Notes: generated by a model not told the origin, from the sequence alone. A stretch of 64,000 nt of DNA from an uncultured Hydrogenophaga sp. (GCA_964424415.1 CAYRIT010000004.1:3868-67867), one strand, 5' to 3'. Counted from the first letter of the stretch, positions 21,314-36,290 are shown. Translations and numbers: made by a program.

Positions 21314-22125
21314 GCCGAGCGCTCCAGACCGAAGTCCTGCGCCACCGGCGGCGCGGGGTAGTGGAATTTGATCGGGCCGTCGGGCTCGCCGCGCACGAAC
21401 TGGCGCACCTCGGGATCGGTGCTGGCCATGAGCTCGGCCGGTGTGCCCTGGGCCACCACACGCCCGCCGTTGGCCATGAGAACCACCCAGTCGCTGATGG
21501 CCATGCACTGCGGCACGTCGTGCGAGATCAGCAGCGCGGTGGCGCCGGTGACGTCGGTCAGGGTGCGGATCAGTTTCGCCGCCACACCCATGGACACCAG
21601 ATCCAGGCCGGCGAACGGTTCGTCGTACATGATGAGCTCGGGGTCGAGGGCGATCGCACGCGCCAGCGCGATACGCCGCGCCATGCCACCCGAGACCTCG
21701 CTGATGCGCAGCCCCGCGGCACCGCGCAGGCCGACCGCGTTGAGCTTCATCAGCACGATGTCGCGGATCAGCACCTCCGGCAGATCGGTCATCTCGCGCA
21801 GCGGAAAAGCCACGTTGTCGAACACCGAGAGGTCGGTGAACAGCGCGCCGAACTGGAACAGCATGCCCAGGCGGCGGCGCAGACGAAACAGCTGCGCCTT
21901 GTCGCGCGTGTCGATCACTTCGCCATCGAACACCACCCGGCCGCTGTTGGCGGCGTGGACGCCACCAATCAGGCGCAGCAGCGTGGTCTTGCCGCAACCC
22001 GAGCTGCCAAGCACCGCCGTCACCTTGCCCCGCGCGAAGCGCAGCGAGATGTCGTTGAGGATGGTGCGCCGGCTGTCGTAGCCAAAGGTCACACGATCGA
22101 TTTCGATGAAAGGGGCGTCGCTCAT
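21310..22125 (-). CDS. mlaF: Phospholipid ABC transporter ATP-binding protein MlaF
   Basis: Walker A GSSGCGKTT, signature VSGGMARR, Walker B LIMYDEPF. ATG at 22125 (MSDAPFIEI). Confidence 0.95.
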   Translation of the reverse strand: MSDAPFIEIDRVTFGYDSRRTILNDISLRFARGKVTAVLGSSGCGKTTLLRLIGGVHAANSGRVVFDGEVIDTRDKAQLFRLRRRLGMLFQFGALFTDLSVFDNVAFPLREMTDLPEVLIRDIVLMKLNAVGLRGAAGLRISEVSGGMARRIALARAIALDPELIMYDEPFAGLDLVSMGVAAKLIRTLTDVTGATALLISHDVPQCMAISDWVVLMANGGRVVAQGTPAELMASTDPEVRQFVRGEPDGPIKFHYPAPPVAQDFGLERSA

Positions 22126-22234
22126 GGCTGGGGTAAAAGCAGCCGGCGATTGTCTCACGCCCTATCCATGAAGCCATTTCGAGAGCGACCAGTCCGCCCT
22201 GGATTGGACGCTCAGCGCTGGCCGCTGCGGGGTC

Positions 22235-23701
22235 TCAGCGTGGCAGGTCGGAGAAACCCATCAGAAACTCGTCGACCGACCGGGCGGCCTGGCGGCCTTC
22301 ACGGATTGCCCACACCACCAGGCTCTGGCCGCGGCGCATGTCGCCGGCGGCAAACACCTTGGGCCGGTTCGTGGAGTAGCCACCTGCAAAATCGGTGGTG
22401 GCCCTGGCGTTGCCGCGTGTGTCCTTTTCCACACCAAAGCTCTCCAGCACGCTGGCCACCGGGTTCACAAAACCCATGGCCAGCAACACGAGGTCGGCCG
22501 GGTAGGTTTTTTCCGTGCCCGGCATCTCGACCAGCTTGCCTCCCCTGAACTCGACGTGCATGGTCTGAAGGCCGGTGACCTGGCCTTTTTCACCCAGGAA
22601 AGCTTTGGTGGAAATCGCGAACTCGCGCACGCAGCCCTCTTCGTGGCTGGAGCTGGTGCGCAGCTTGAGTGGCCAATAAGGCCACACCAGCGGCTTGTTC
22701 TCTTCTTCGGGTGGCTGGGGCATCACTTCGAACTGCGTCACGCTGGCCGCACCGTGGCGGTTGCTGGTGCCCACACAATCGCTGCCGGTGTCACCCCCGC
22801 CGATCACGATCACATGCTTGCCGGTGGCCATGATCTGCCCCTTCTGCTTGTCGCCGGCGTTCACCTTGTTCTGCTGCGGCAAGAACTCCATCGCAAAATG
22901 CACGCCCTTGAGATCGCGGCCCGGCACCGGCAGATCGCGGCTTTGCTCGGAACCGCCGGCGAGCAGCACGGCGTCAAATTCCGCTTGCAGCAGCTCCGGT
23001 GAAATCGATGCCTTGGCCCAGTTGGTGACCTTGCTGTCCTTGGGCCAGTCGCCCACCACCACGCCGGTGCGGAACACCACCCCCTCGGCCTCCATCTGCG
23101 CCACGCGGCGGTCGATGTGGGTCTTTTCCATTTTGAAATCGGGAATGCCGTAGCGCAGCAGGCCGCCGATCCGCTCGTTTTTCTCGAACACGGTCACGTC
23201 GTGACCGACACGCGCGAGCTGCTGCGCGGCGGCCAGGCCGGCCGGGCCGGAGCCGACGATGGCCACTTTTTTGCCGGTCCTGTGCTGCGGGGGTTGCGGC
23301 TGCACCCAGCCCTCGGCCCAGGCGCGATCAATGATGGCGTGCTCGATGCTCTTGATGCCGACCGCGTCGTCGTTCACATTGAGCGTGCAGGCGGCTTCGC
23401 AGGGCGCAGGACAGATGCGCCCCGTGAACTCGGGAAAGTTGTTGGTGCTGTGCAGCACGGTGATGGCGTTCTTCCAATCGCCCTGGTACACGAGGTCGTT
23501 GAAGTCCGGAATGATGTTGTTGACCGGGCAGCCGTTGCTGCAGAACGGTGTGCCGCAGTCCATGCAGCGTGCCGCCTGGATCCTCGCCTGCGGGTCATTG
23601 AGACCGATCACAAATTCCTTGTGGTGCTTCACGCGCTCGGGCACTGGCTTGTAGCCCTCCTCCAGACGCTCGTATTCCATGAAGCCGGTGACTTTTCCCA
23701 T
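22235..23701 (-). CDS. gltD: Glutamate synthase (NADPH) small subunit GltD
   Basis: CMDCGTPFC and CPVNN Fe-S motifs, and [14 protein letters not shown] and [11 protein letters not shown] dinucleotide folds. Confidence 0.96.
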   Translation of the reverse strand: MGKVTGFMEYERLEEGYKPVPERVKHHKEFVIGLNDPQARIQAARCMDCGTPFCSNGCPVNNIIPDFNDLVYQGDWKNAITVLHSTNNFPEFTGRICPAPCEAACTLNVNDDAVGIKSIEHAIIDRAWAEGWVQPQPPQHRTGKKVAIVGSGPAGLAAAQQLARVGHDVTVFEKNERIGGLLRYGIPDFKMEKTHIDRRVAQMEAEGVVFRTGVVVGDWPKDSKVTNWAKASISPELLQAEFDAVLLAGGSEQSRDLPVPGRDLKGVHFAMEFLPQQNKVNAGDKQKGQIMATGKHVIVIGGGDTGSDCVGTSNRHGAASVTQFEVMPQPPEEENKPLVWPYWPLKLRTSSSHEEGCVREFAISTKAFLGEKGQVTGLQTMHVEFRGGKLVEMPGTEKTYPADLVLLAMGFVNPVASVLESFGVEKDTRGNARATTDFAGGYSTNRPKVFAAGDMRRGQSLVVWAIREGRQAARSVDEFLMGFSDLPR

Positions 23702-23743
23702 GATGTCTGCCTTGTTCGTGTTGCGTTGCGGTTCTGCGATGCC

Positions 23744-28474
<4,731 letters not shown>

Positions 28475-28559
28475 GGCGCTTCCTTCAAGGTTCGGGTGGC
28501 GAAAAACTCGCAGGAACGGAGCATAGTGCAGCGCAGCAAAAATACCAATCAAATTAAAT

Positions 28560-28577
28560 GGGGTCAGATTCCGATTT
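28560..28577. repeat. Left arm of a 17-nt imperfect inverted repeat flanking the RAYT gene (REP-like)
   Basis: GGGGTCAGATTCCGATT at 28560-28576. The reverse complement of 29395-29411 is GGGGTCGGATTCCAATT, so 15 of 17 positions are identical. It is immediately followed by a small bulged hairpin (CTGAAgaTGA aag TCATTCAG, 28579-28599). Confidence 0.65.
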
Positions 28578-28648
28578 ACTGAAGATGAAAGTCATTCAGA
28601 TGTTATTGGGGACATATTAAAATTAACACAAATCTGTTGCGATCCAGG

Positions 28649-29353
28649 TCAGGAATCGGCCTGGGGTGGCTTGGCAAGCGGACGGCCCGCCTTCAGAGGC
28701 ACCGCCCGGCGCTCGGTTCGGCGCCCGATATCTGCCAGAAAGTCGTCGCCACCCAGCGCCCAACCTTTCAACGTGGCATCCGTCAGGCTCTGCTGCGCCT
28801 GCTGCCTCAGCCCACCACGCACCACCTCCGCGTAGGCCGCTTCACGAGCAAACGGTGTGTTCCCCAGTGCCCAGACCAGGTCGTGCGGCGTGATGAGGGT
28901 GTCTTGCCGCTGGCCGGTGTAATGCCCATGGCTGGACCATGGATGGTCTTTTGCGGTGGCCGCCAGCCCGGCTCGCACCGGGTTGAGATCGATGTAGGCC
29001 ATGCAGGCCAGCAGGTACGGCTCGGTTTCGATCACGGTCGAGCGGTAGCGCCCTTCCCACAACGTGCCGGTGCGGCCATGGGCGTCGTTGAAGTGCCGCA
29101 CGTAGCGGCGCCCCACCGCCTGCATCATCTGAGGCAAACCATCGTCCGTGCTCGGGGTCACGAGCAGATGAAAATGGTTGTCCATCAGGACATAAGCGTG
29201 CACCGCCACCTGAAACTTCGCGGCGTATTCGGCCCACAGGCCCAGCAGCAGACGCCTGTCGGCATCGTTCAGAAATATGGCTTGGCGGTTGTTGCCGCGC
29301 TGGATCACATGGTGCGGGTAACCGGGGACGGTAAGACGGGGAAGTCGGGCCAT
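28649..29353 (-). CDS. REP-associated tyrosine transposase (RAYT; IS200/IS605 TnpA-like Y1 HUH enzyme)
   Basis: MARLPRLTVPGYPHHVIQRGNNRQAIF...VHAYVLMDNHFHLLVTP (HUH motif HFH)...HPWSSHGHY (catalytic Tyr region). It is a single gene without tnpB, flanked by inverted REP-like repeats. Confidence 0.85.
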   Translation of the reverse strand: MARLPRLTVPGYPHHVIQRGNNRQAIFLNDADRRLLLGLWAEYAAKFQVAVHAYVLMDNHFHLLVTPSTDDGLPQMMQAVGRRYVRHFNDAHGRTGTLWEGRYRSTVIETEPYLLACMAYIDLNPVRAGLAATAKDHPWSSHGHYTGQRQDTLITPHDLVWALGNTPFAREAAYAEVVRGGLRQQAQQSLTDATLKGWALGGDDFLADIGRRTERRAVPLKAGRPLAKPPQADS

Positions 29354-29356
29354 GGC

Positions 29357-29389
29357 GAGCGGTTGGGGCGTTGAATGTGTGAACCGCTC
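29357..29389. repeat. Perfect 8-bp stem hairpin immediately 5' of the RAYT start codon
   Basis: GAGCGGTT (29357-29364) and AACCGCTC (29382-29389) with a 17-nt loop. It lies between the RAYT ATG (29353) and the right inverted-repeat arm. Confidence 0.55.
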
Positions 29390-29394
29390 AGTTT

Positions 29395-29411
29395 AATTGG
29401 AATCCGACCCC
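29395..29411. repeat. Right arm of the inverted repeat flanking the RAYT gene
   Basis: AATTGGAATCCGACCCC is the reverse complement of the left arm with 2 mismatches. It is followed by a tandem CCGAATAT CCGAATAT (29410-29425). Confidence 0.65.
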
Positions 29412-29434
29412 GAATATCCGAATATCGCCCTCCT

Positions 29435-30649
29435 CTATTTCACCCATATCCATTGCAACCGTGCTGCCACCAGCAAACCCAGCACGGAACACGATCCCGT
29501 CACCGCCCAGGTCCATTGCCATCCGCCCACCTGCAATGCCAGCCAGGCCACCAGTGGAGGGCCGATGAACTGACCCAGGGACGAGAGTTGCTGCATCCAG
29601 CCGACGGTGGTGGAGACGGTGTCGGCATCGGGCGCCAGACGCACGGCCACGCCAAACAGCGTGCCCGGGATGAGGCCGCCCACGGCGGAGAACACAAGCA
29701 CCGCGAGGTATTGCACCCAAGACGGGCCGAGGCCGGCAAATGTCACAACCGCGCCTGCGGCCATGGCGAGGTAAGCGGCCTGAAGCACACGACCCGGCGC
29801 CGCGCCGCGGGCAAGGAGGCGCCCGGCGGCCACATTGCCCAGCAGATTGATGCCTGCTGCCAACGCGGTCAGCGCCCCCACGGCATTGGGCGCGTAACCG
29901 GCCTGCTGGTAGATGGTGGGCAGGAACCCGACCACGGCGAGCCACTGGCCGGAATAGAGAAAGAAAGCCATTGCGACCAGCCAGGGACCGGGGGCGGACA
30001 GGGTGCGGCGAAGGCGCGGACCCAGCGCAGCCACGGTGTGTCCATAGGCCAGCGCGGCCGGCGGCGGCACGCGTGCACTGAACACGGCACAGGCAAGCAG
30101 ACTCGTCGCGGCCAGCGCCAGCCAGGTGCCGCGCCAGCCCAGCAGGGCAATCAGCGCGGCGCCCAGCAGCAGTGCCAACGCGGTGCCAAGCGGCATGTAA
30201 GCGCCCCACCATCCGAGGGCGCGGGACAGGGTGGGTGCATGGTGCACGCGCTGGCGCAGCAGACCCGGGGCTGGCAGTACGGTGAGCAGAAAACCCAGGC
30301 CCTCGATGCCCCGAGACGCAAGCAACCAGCCCGCGCCTGGTGCCAATGCGCCCAGCACACTGCCTGCCGCCAGCACCAGCAAGCCCATCTGCATGACGCG
30401 CCGCGGACCCAGTCGGTCGGCGGCCAGGCCAACAAACAGGCCGAGCGTCATGCCCGCCACCTGCACCACGGACAACAGAAAACCGGCCTGTACCAGCCCC
30501 ACACCCAGCGCCTCGCGCAACACCGGAATCGCCACCGGCAACTTGCCAATATGCAGTGCCGCGGTCACGCCCACCACAAACACCAACGCCGCCAGCGCCC
30601 TCGCCTGGCGGGCTTCGGGGAGATCGGGTTTGGGGGCTGTTCGGTCCAT
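29435..30649 (-). CDS. MFS transporter (substrate unknown)
   Basis: About 404 aa with 12 predicted TM segments and the MFS loop motif GLAADRLGPRRV. ATG at 30649 (MDRTAPK), 5 nt after the dgt stop. Confidence 0.85.
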   Translation of the reverse strand: MDRTAPKPDLPEARQARALAALVFVVGVTAALHIGKLPVAIPVLREALGVGLVQAGFLLSVVQVAGMTLGLFVGLAADRLGPRRVMQMGLLVLAAGSVLGALAPGAGWLLASRGIEGLGFLLTVLPAPGLLRQRVHHAPTLSRALGWWGAYMPLGTALALLLGAALIALLGWRGTWLALAATSLLACAVFSARVPPPAALAYGHTVAALGPRLRRTLSAPGPWLVAMAFFLYSGQWLAVVGFLPTIYQQAGYAPNAVGALTALAAGINLLGNVAAGRLLARGAAPGRVLQAAYLAMAAGAVVTFAGLGPSWVQYLAVLVFSAVGGLIPGTLFGVAVRLAPDADTVSTTVGWMQQLSSLGQFIGPPLVAWLALQVGGWQWTWAVTGSCSVLGLLVAARLQWIWVK

Positions 30650-30653
30650 GGGA

Positions 30654-31859
30654 TCAGGGAAACAGGACACAACCGAACAGCCGCTCGTGCTCGCGGATGG
30701 CAAAGCGGTCGGTCATGCCGGCGATGTAGTCGGCCACGGCGCGGGCGCGTTGCTGCAGCGTGGCGCCGTGCCGGGCATGGGATTCGGGCAATTGCTCGGG
30801 CGCCTCGACATAGCGAGCAAAAAGATCACCCACCACGCGCCGCGCGCGGTCGGTGGTCTCCATCACCTGCGGGTGGCGGTAGAGGTTGCGCAACAAAAAG
30901 GTCTTGAGCACCTGAGACTGCATGCGCATCTCGGGTGAAAACGCCACCAGCGGCCGCGCGCCCCGCACCGCGTCTGGGCTGTCGACAGCAGCCACCTCGA
31001 TGGCCGCACGGGTGGTGCGGATCACGTCGTACACCTGTTCGCTGAGCATGAGGCGAATGGATTCGAACAACAGACGCCGGCCTTCAAGATGCGGATGCCC
31101 GGCCAGCGCCTCGAGACGGAAGCGTTCAAACAGCGGCACCTCGGCCAGTTGCTCCCAAGACAGAAGACCCGAGCGCACACCATCGTCGATGTCGTGCGCG
31201 TTGTAGGCGATCTCGTCAGCCAGATTGCACAACTGAGCTTCCAGCGAAGGCGAACCCCCGTGCAGAAAACGCGCCGCCACGCCGCCGGGCTCCAGGGCTT
31301 CCAGCCGCTGCGCGTTGCTGCGAGAGCAATGCTTCAGAATGCCTTCGCGGGTCTCGAAACAGAGGTTGAGTCCGTCGAAATCGGGGTAACGCTCCTCCAG
31401 CTGATCGACCACCCGCAGGCTTTGCAAATTGTGTTCAAAGCTCCAGCCCGGCGTATCAAGGGCGACCGCGGTTGCGCCACCCAGCGCCTGCAGGCTCGCG
31501 TGGAGCGCATCCTGTCCGGCATGGCCGAAGGGGGTGTGGCCCAGATCGTGGGCAAGTGCAACCGCTTCCACCAAGTCTTCGTTGAGCCGCAGGGAGCGAG
31601 CGATGCTGCGTCCAAGTTGTGCCACCTCGAGCGAATGGGTCAGACGCGTGCGGAACAGGTCCCCCTCGTGATTCAGGAACACCTGGGTTTTGTAGACCAG
31701 ACGCCGAAATGCGGTGGAATGAATAACACGATCGCGGTCGCGCTGAAATGCGGTGCGTGTCGGCGCCTCCGGCTGCGCAAACCGGCGGCCGCGGCTGCGC
31801 GCTGGATCGCTGGCGTAAGGCGCCAGGCCACTCACAACCGCCACAGGCTTCAGGCTCAT
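30654..31859 (-). CDS. dgt: dGTPase-like HD-domain triphosphohydrolase
   Basis: [24 protein letters not shown]...[16 protein letters not shown]...[13 protein letters not shown] overlaps the aroB stop (ATGA). Confidence 0.9.
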   Translation of the reverse strand: MSLKPVAVVSGLAPYASDPARSRGRRFAQPEAPTRTAFQRDRDRVIHSTAFRRLVYKTQVFLNHEGDLFRTRLTHSLEVAQLGRSIARSLRLNEDLVEAVALAHDLGHTPFGHAGQDALHASLQALGGATAVALDTPGWSFEHNLQSLRVVDQLEERYPDFDGLNLCFETREGILKHCSRSNAQRLEALEPGGVAARFLHGGSPSLEAQLCNLADEIAYNAHDIDDGVRSGLLSWEQLAEVPLFERFRLEALAGHPHLEGRRLLFESIRLMLSEQVYDVIRTTRAAIEVAAVDSPDAVRGARPLVAFSPEMRMQSQVLKTFLLRNLYRHPQVMETTDRARRVVGDLFARYVEAPEQLPESHARHGATLQQRARAVADYIAGMTDRFAIREHERLFGCVLFP

Positions 31860-32992
31860 GCTGCCGCGCAGCTGGCCGCGATCACCTGCCCCACCAGCGC
31901 ATCGGGTGCTGGCCGCAGCGCAGCCAGGCCAGGGCCGTCGATCAACACAAAACGTATCTCGCCGGCCTCGCTTTTTTTGTCACCACGCATCCACTGGAGA
32001 TAACAACCGGCGTTGTCATCCCCATCGAGCACCGGCGCCATCACCGGCAAGCCGGCTCTGCGCACCAGGGTGGTGAGGCGCTCGACAAAAGCCGCGTCCA
32101 CCATCCCCATGGCCTGGGACAGCCGCGCCGCCATGACCATGCCGCAACCCACGGCCTCGCCGTGCAACCAACGACCGTAGCCCATGCCCGCCTCGATCGC
32201 ATGGCCAAACGTGTGACCGAAGTTCAGGATGGCACGCAACCCGGTCTCGCGCTCATCCTGTCCAACGACCCAGGCCTTGATCTCGCAGCTGCGCTTGACT
32301 GCATGCGCCAGGGCTGCTGGATCCCGTGCCAGCAGATCGTCGAGGTGTGACTCGATCCATTCGAAGAACGCCATGTCGGCAATTGGCCCGTATTTGATAA
32401 CTTCGGCCAACCCGGCGCTGAGCTCTCGCTCAGGCAAGGTCTTGATCGTGGCCAGATCGCAGATCACCCGCTGCGGCTGGTAGAACGCGCCAATCATGTT
32501 TTTGCCCAGTGGGTGGTTGATGGCGGTCTTGCCGCCAACCGACGAGTCCACCTGAGCCAGCAGCGTCGTCGGCACCTGGACAAAAGGGACACCGCGCATG
32601 TAACTGGCTGCCGCAAAGCCGGTCATGTCCCCCACCACGCCACCGCCCAAGGCAAACAACACCGTCTTGCGGTCACAGGCGCTGGCAAGCAAAGCATCAA
32701 AAATCTGGTTCAAAGTCTTCCAGTCCTTGAACGCCTCGCCGTCGGGCAGCTCCACCGTGTGCACCGTGGTGAATCGCTTGGACAACGCCGCCTGCAAATG
32801 CCGGGCGTAGAGTGGCGCCACCGTGGAGTTGGTGACGATCAGCGCAGCGGCTGCCTTCGGCAGACCGGCATAACTTTCCTCGCTGTCCAGCAGTCCGGAT
32901 CCGATCAGGATGCCGTAGCTGCGGTCGGCCAGGTCGATGTCGACCTGCTGGAAACTGCTCGCGCTGTCACAGGGAATGGAGTGGGGCGTCAT
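31856..32992 (-). CDS. aroB: 3-dehydroquinate synthase AroB
   Basis: [45 protein letters not shown]...[11 protein letters not shown]. Confidence 0.96.
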   Translation of the reverse strand: MTPHSIPCDSASSFQQVDIDLADRSYGILIGSGLLDSEESYAGLPKAAAALIVTNSTVAPLYARHLQAALSKRFTTVHTVELPDGEAFKDWKTLNQIFDALLASACDRKTVLFALGGGVVGDMTGFAAASYMRGVPFVQVPTTLLAQVDSSVGGKTAINHPLGKNMIGAFYQPQRVICDLATIKTLPERELSAGLAEVIKYGPIADMAFFEWIESHLDDLLARDPAALAHAVKRSCEIKAWVVGQDERETGLRAILNFGHTFGHAIEAGMGYGRWLHGEAVGCGMVMAARLSQAMGMVDAAFVERLTTLVRRAGLPVMAPVLDGDDNAGCYLQWMRGDKKSEAGEIRFVLIDGPGLAALRPAPDALVGQVIAASCAAA

Positions 32993-33051
32993 CCCCGAAG
33001 TTTAGGGCAGCATCGAATCGTCACCGCGAAGCGAGACGGCCAGCCGGGTGG

Positions 33052-33594
33052 CTATTGCCCTGCCGATGCTGGCGGTGGGGCCAGCCCGGCCAGCTCCACC
33101 TGCATCACAATCATGTTGACCAAGGTGTTCACAGAGGGCCGGCCTGTCTCGATGGTGAAATGTGCGGTTTCCCGGTACAACGGATCGCGTTGCTCGTACA
33201 GGTCGCGCAGGCGCTGCAAGGGATCGGCGACCTGCAGCAGGGGGCGTTTGTGGTCGTGTCGCAAACGGCGAAACAGCTCATCGGGGTGGGAGCGCAGATA
33301 GATCACCTGCCCCCGATCGTGCAAGCGCTGCCGGTTCACAGGCCGCAGGACCGACCCGCCGCCGGTGGAGATGACAGCCGATGCCTGACGCGTCAGTTCA
33401 TCGATCACCTCCGCTTCGAGGTCGCGAAAGCGCTCTTCACCCTCGCGCTCGAAAAATTCACGGATCGAACAGCCCAGACGCTGTTCGATCACCTGGTCGG
33501 AGTCAAAAAAAGGCAGTGCCAGACGCCGTGAAAGCTGGCGGCCTACCGTCGACTTCCCCGAGCCGGGCAGGCCCACCAGAACCAGACACGTCAC
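33052..33594 (-). CDS. aroK: Shikimate kinase AroK
   Basis: P-loop LVGLPGSGKSTVGRQL, DSDQVIE and FRDLE motifs. GTG start at 33594. Confidence 0.93.
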   Translation of the reverse strand: MTCLVLVGLPGSGKSTVGRQLSRRLALPFFDSDQVIEQRLGCSIREFFEREGEERFRDLEAEVIDELTRQASAVISTGGGSVLRPVNRQRLHDRGQVIYLRSHPDELFRRLRHDHKRPLLQVADPLQRLRDLYEQRDPLYRETAHFTIETGRPSVNTLVNMIVMQVELAGLAPPPASAGQ

Positions 33595-33633
33595 GGAACG
33601 CGAACCCCTGTCAGGGAAGCCGGAGCGATGTGA

Positions 33634-35742
33634 TCACCGCGACACCCCACGGTCCGAGATCACACGTGGCGTGATGAAGATCAACGTTTCTGACTTGTTG
33701 GAAATCCGGTTTTTGTTCTTGAAAAGATTGCCAACCACCGGAATGTCACCCAGCAAAGGGACCTTGGTCACATCCTCGGATTCCGACAGCTCGAAGATGC
33801 CGCCGATCACGACGGTGCCGCCGTTTTCCACCAGCACCTGGGTTTCCACCCGTTTGGTGTTGATGGCAATACCTTGAAGGGTGGTCTCTCCACGGCTGTC
33901 CTTGCTCACCTTCACATCCAGAATGATGCTGCCCTCGGGCGTGATCTGAGGCGTCACTTCCAGTTTCAGATTGGCCTTTTTGAACTCCACCGCGGTGGCA
34001 CCGCTGGAAGTTGCGTTCTGGTAAGGGAACTCGGTGCCCTGTTCAATCAACGCTTTCACCTGGTCAGCGGTGACCACGCGCGGACTGGAGACGACCTTGC
34101 CGCGACCGTCTGCCTCCAGAGCGGAGATCTCCAGGTTCAGGAAACGGCTGGTGTTGAGCGCATCAAAAAGAGAGACTGCAAAGGAGGCCGGTGCAAAGCC
34201 GCTTTGGCCACTGGAAGGTAAGTTCACGAAAGCGCCATTGCCCACACCCGGCGCGGCGGCACTGTAGGTGCTGCCAAAGCCCAGGCGGTTGCGTCCACCG
34301 CCTAAGTCACCGAGGTTGCTGCCTCCCAGGCGCACCCCCAGAGAGCGCCCAAAACGATCATCAGCCTCAACGATGCGTGCTTCGATCAGCACCTGACGGA
34401 TCGGAATATCAAGCTTGGCAATCAGAACTTGCACTTGTTCCAACCTCGATGGAATGTCGGTCACGAACAACTGGTTGGTGCGCGGCTCGGAAATCACGCT
34501 GCCGCGGCTGGACAGCATGCGAGCGTTATTCACGGATCCACCAGTGGCATTGGTCGCAGTGAGCTGTGCGGCGATGTCTGCCGCCTTGGCGTAGTTCATC
34601 TGGAAGCCTTGCGTGCGCACAGATTCCAGGCTCTCAATCGTCACCTGGGATTCCAACGCCTGCTTGTCGCGTGCGGTCAGTTCATCCTTGGGCGCAATCC
34701 ACAACACGTTGCCATTCTTGCGCTTGTCCAGACCCTTGGCCTGCAGGATGATTTCGAGCGCCTGATCCCAGGGCACGTCCTTGAGTCGCAGGGTGACCGA
34801 GCCGTTGACCGAGTCGGAGGTGACGATGTTGAAGCTTGTGAAATCGGCAATCACCTGCAACAGCGAGCGCACTTCGATGTTCTGAAAATTCAGCGACAGC
34901 TTTTCGCCTGAATAACCTGTTCCCTGCGTGAGCTTGGTGGGGTCGACCACACGTTCGCGCACTTCCAACACAAACTGGTTGTCGCTCTGGTATGCGGAGT
35001 GCTCCCAGCTGCCTTTGGGCGTGACAACCATGCGAACGCGGTCACCGCTTTGGCTGGTCTCGATCGTCTGCACCGGCGTACCAAAGTCGGTCACATCCAG
35101 CCGGCGCCGCAGACCCTCTGGCAGCGTCGTCTTCAAAAATTCGACCACCAGACCCTGCCCTTGCTGGCGGATGTCCACACCCACCTGGCTGTTGGCCAGA
35201 TCAACCACCACCCGACCCGCACTGCCTGCGCCGCGGCGGAAGTCGATGTCGCGCAAGGCGGCCACGTCCCGGTTGCGACTTTCGGCAAATACTGCCGGAG
35301 CCGTCTGTACAGCGGCCATTCCCTCGCTCCGATCGAGCACCACAATGAGCGTCTTGCCCTCGGTACGGGCCTGGTAAGACGCGGCCTGCTTGAGGTTGAT
35401 CACCACACGCGTGCGGTCACCGGCCTGCACCACATTGGCCGAGCGCAGGTTGCCCTGATTGATCTCAATCGCGCTACGGCCCACGTTGTTCACCACGCCG
35501 GGGAAATCCAGCGCAATCCGTGCAGGCGCCTGCACGGTGAATCCGGTCGGCACCGCAGCCAGCGGTTCAGTGGTCTGGATCCTTATGACCTCAACGCCCC
35601 CTTGCAACCCGCCGGTGACAGACTGAATGGCGTTTTGCGCATGCGCCCACACAGAGCAGAGCAACAAGCCGGAGACCAGCATAGATTTCGCGGCCACGCG
35701 ACGCAACGAACCGAAGCTGTTGACCTTGTTATGTTTCATCAT
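33634..35742 (-). CDS. pilQ: Type IV pilus secretin PilQ
   Basis: Signal peptide, AMIN-like N-terminal repeats and a C-terminal secretin domain (VLVENGGTVVIGGIF...PLLGDIPVVGNLFK...ETLIFITPRV). Start at ATGATG 35742/35739, overlapping the pilP stop. Confidence 0.95.
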   Translation of the reverse strand: MMKHNKVNSFGSLRRVAAKSMLVSGLLLCSVWAHAQNAIQSVTGGLQGGVEVIRIQTTEPLAAVPTGFTVQAPARIALDFPGVVNNVGRSAIEINQGNLRSANVVQAGDRTRVVINLKQAASYQARTEGKTLIVVLDRSEGMAAVQTAPAVFAESRNRDVAALRDIDFRRGAGSAGRVVVDLANSQVGVDIRQQGQGLVVEFLKTTLPEGLRRRLDVTDFGTPVQTIETSQSGDRVRMVVTPKGSWEHSAYQSDNQFVLEVRERVVDPTKLTQGTGYSGEKLSLNFQNIEVRSLLQVIADFTSFNIVTSDSVNGSVTLRLKDVPWDQALEIILQAKGLDKRKNGNVLWIAPKDELTARDKQALESQVTIESLESVRTQGFQMNYAKAADIAAQLTATNATGGSVNNARMLSSRGSVISEPRTNQLFVTDIPSRLEQVQVLIAKLDIPIRQVLIEARIVEADDRFGRSLGVRLGGSNLGDLGGGRNRLGFGSTYSAAAPGVGNGAFVNLPSSGQSGFAPASFAVSLFDALNTSRFLNLEISALEADGRGKVVSSPRVVTADQVKALIEQGTEFPYQNATSSGATAVEFKKANLKLEVTPQITPEGSIILDVKVSKDSRGETTLQGIAINTKRVETQVLVENGGTVVIGGIFELSESEDVTKVPLLGDIPVVGNLFKNKNRISNKSETLIFITPRVISDRGVSR

Positions 35743-36290
35743 TTCGAAGCGTCCTCTTGTAGCTGCAAAGCAGCTGGCCTTTCGGTCCATTCCCCCGATG
35801 GGTCCTGCACGATCTCACGCAAAGTGATGTCGGTTTCGGTGATCTTGTTCACGCGGCCGTAGTTCTGGCCCAGGTAGCTGCCAGCGCGCACCTGATACAG
35901 CAAGCTGTCCACCTTGACCAGCGCCACCAGCTGGCCGTCGCGATTGAGGCTACCCACCATGCGCATGGTGTCCAATGGATAAGCTTCAAGCGGTTGCTTG
36001 CGGCGGTTGAGCTCGGGCTCAAGCAGCTTGGAATTGATCACCGTGGCCGCCAGGGAACCACTCACGCTGGCCATCTTCTCGCTGCTGAACGGTTCGATCA
36101 GCCGCTCACTGAGATAGACCTGCGGCTCAAATTTGGTTGGCTCAGGAATCGGCGTGATCTGCGGGCGGATGGCGTTGCGCTCCTCCTGCATCCACAGCGC
36201 CAGCTCATCCTCACCAGAAGAAGTGCACCCTGCAGCGAGCGCCATCAAAGATAGAGACAGCCCACAGGCCAGAATTCTGGACAGCATCAC
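35739..36290 (-). CDS. pilP: Type IV pilus lipoprotein PilP
   Basis: Lipobox LAAGC, PilP-like C-terminal beta domain, pilMNOPQ order. The start is either GTG 36290 or ATG 36287; both overlap the pilO stop. Confidence 0.88.
   Translation of the reverse strand: MMLSRILACGLSLSLMALAAGCTSSGEDELALWMQEERNAIRPQITPIPEPTKFEPQVYLSERLIEPFSSEKMASVSGSLAATVINSKLLEPELNRRKQPLEAYPLDTMRMVGSLNRDGQLVALVKVDSLLYQVRAGSYLGQNYGRVNKITETDITLREIVQDPSGEWTERPAALQLQEDASK

Noticed and set aside
20534-22177. 547-aa ORF apparently fusing mlaE with upstream sequence
   Set aside because: The upstream 287 codons are an alternative frame of mlaF (Arg/Gly/Pro-rich). The real mlaE starts at ATG 21313, overlapping the mlaF stop.
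29410-29425. Tandem CCGAATAT CCGAATAT next to the right RAYT repeat arm
   Set aside because: There are only two 8-nt units, which is too short to call a repeat family or a target-site duplication. No matching copy lies at the left end.
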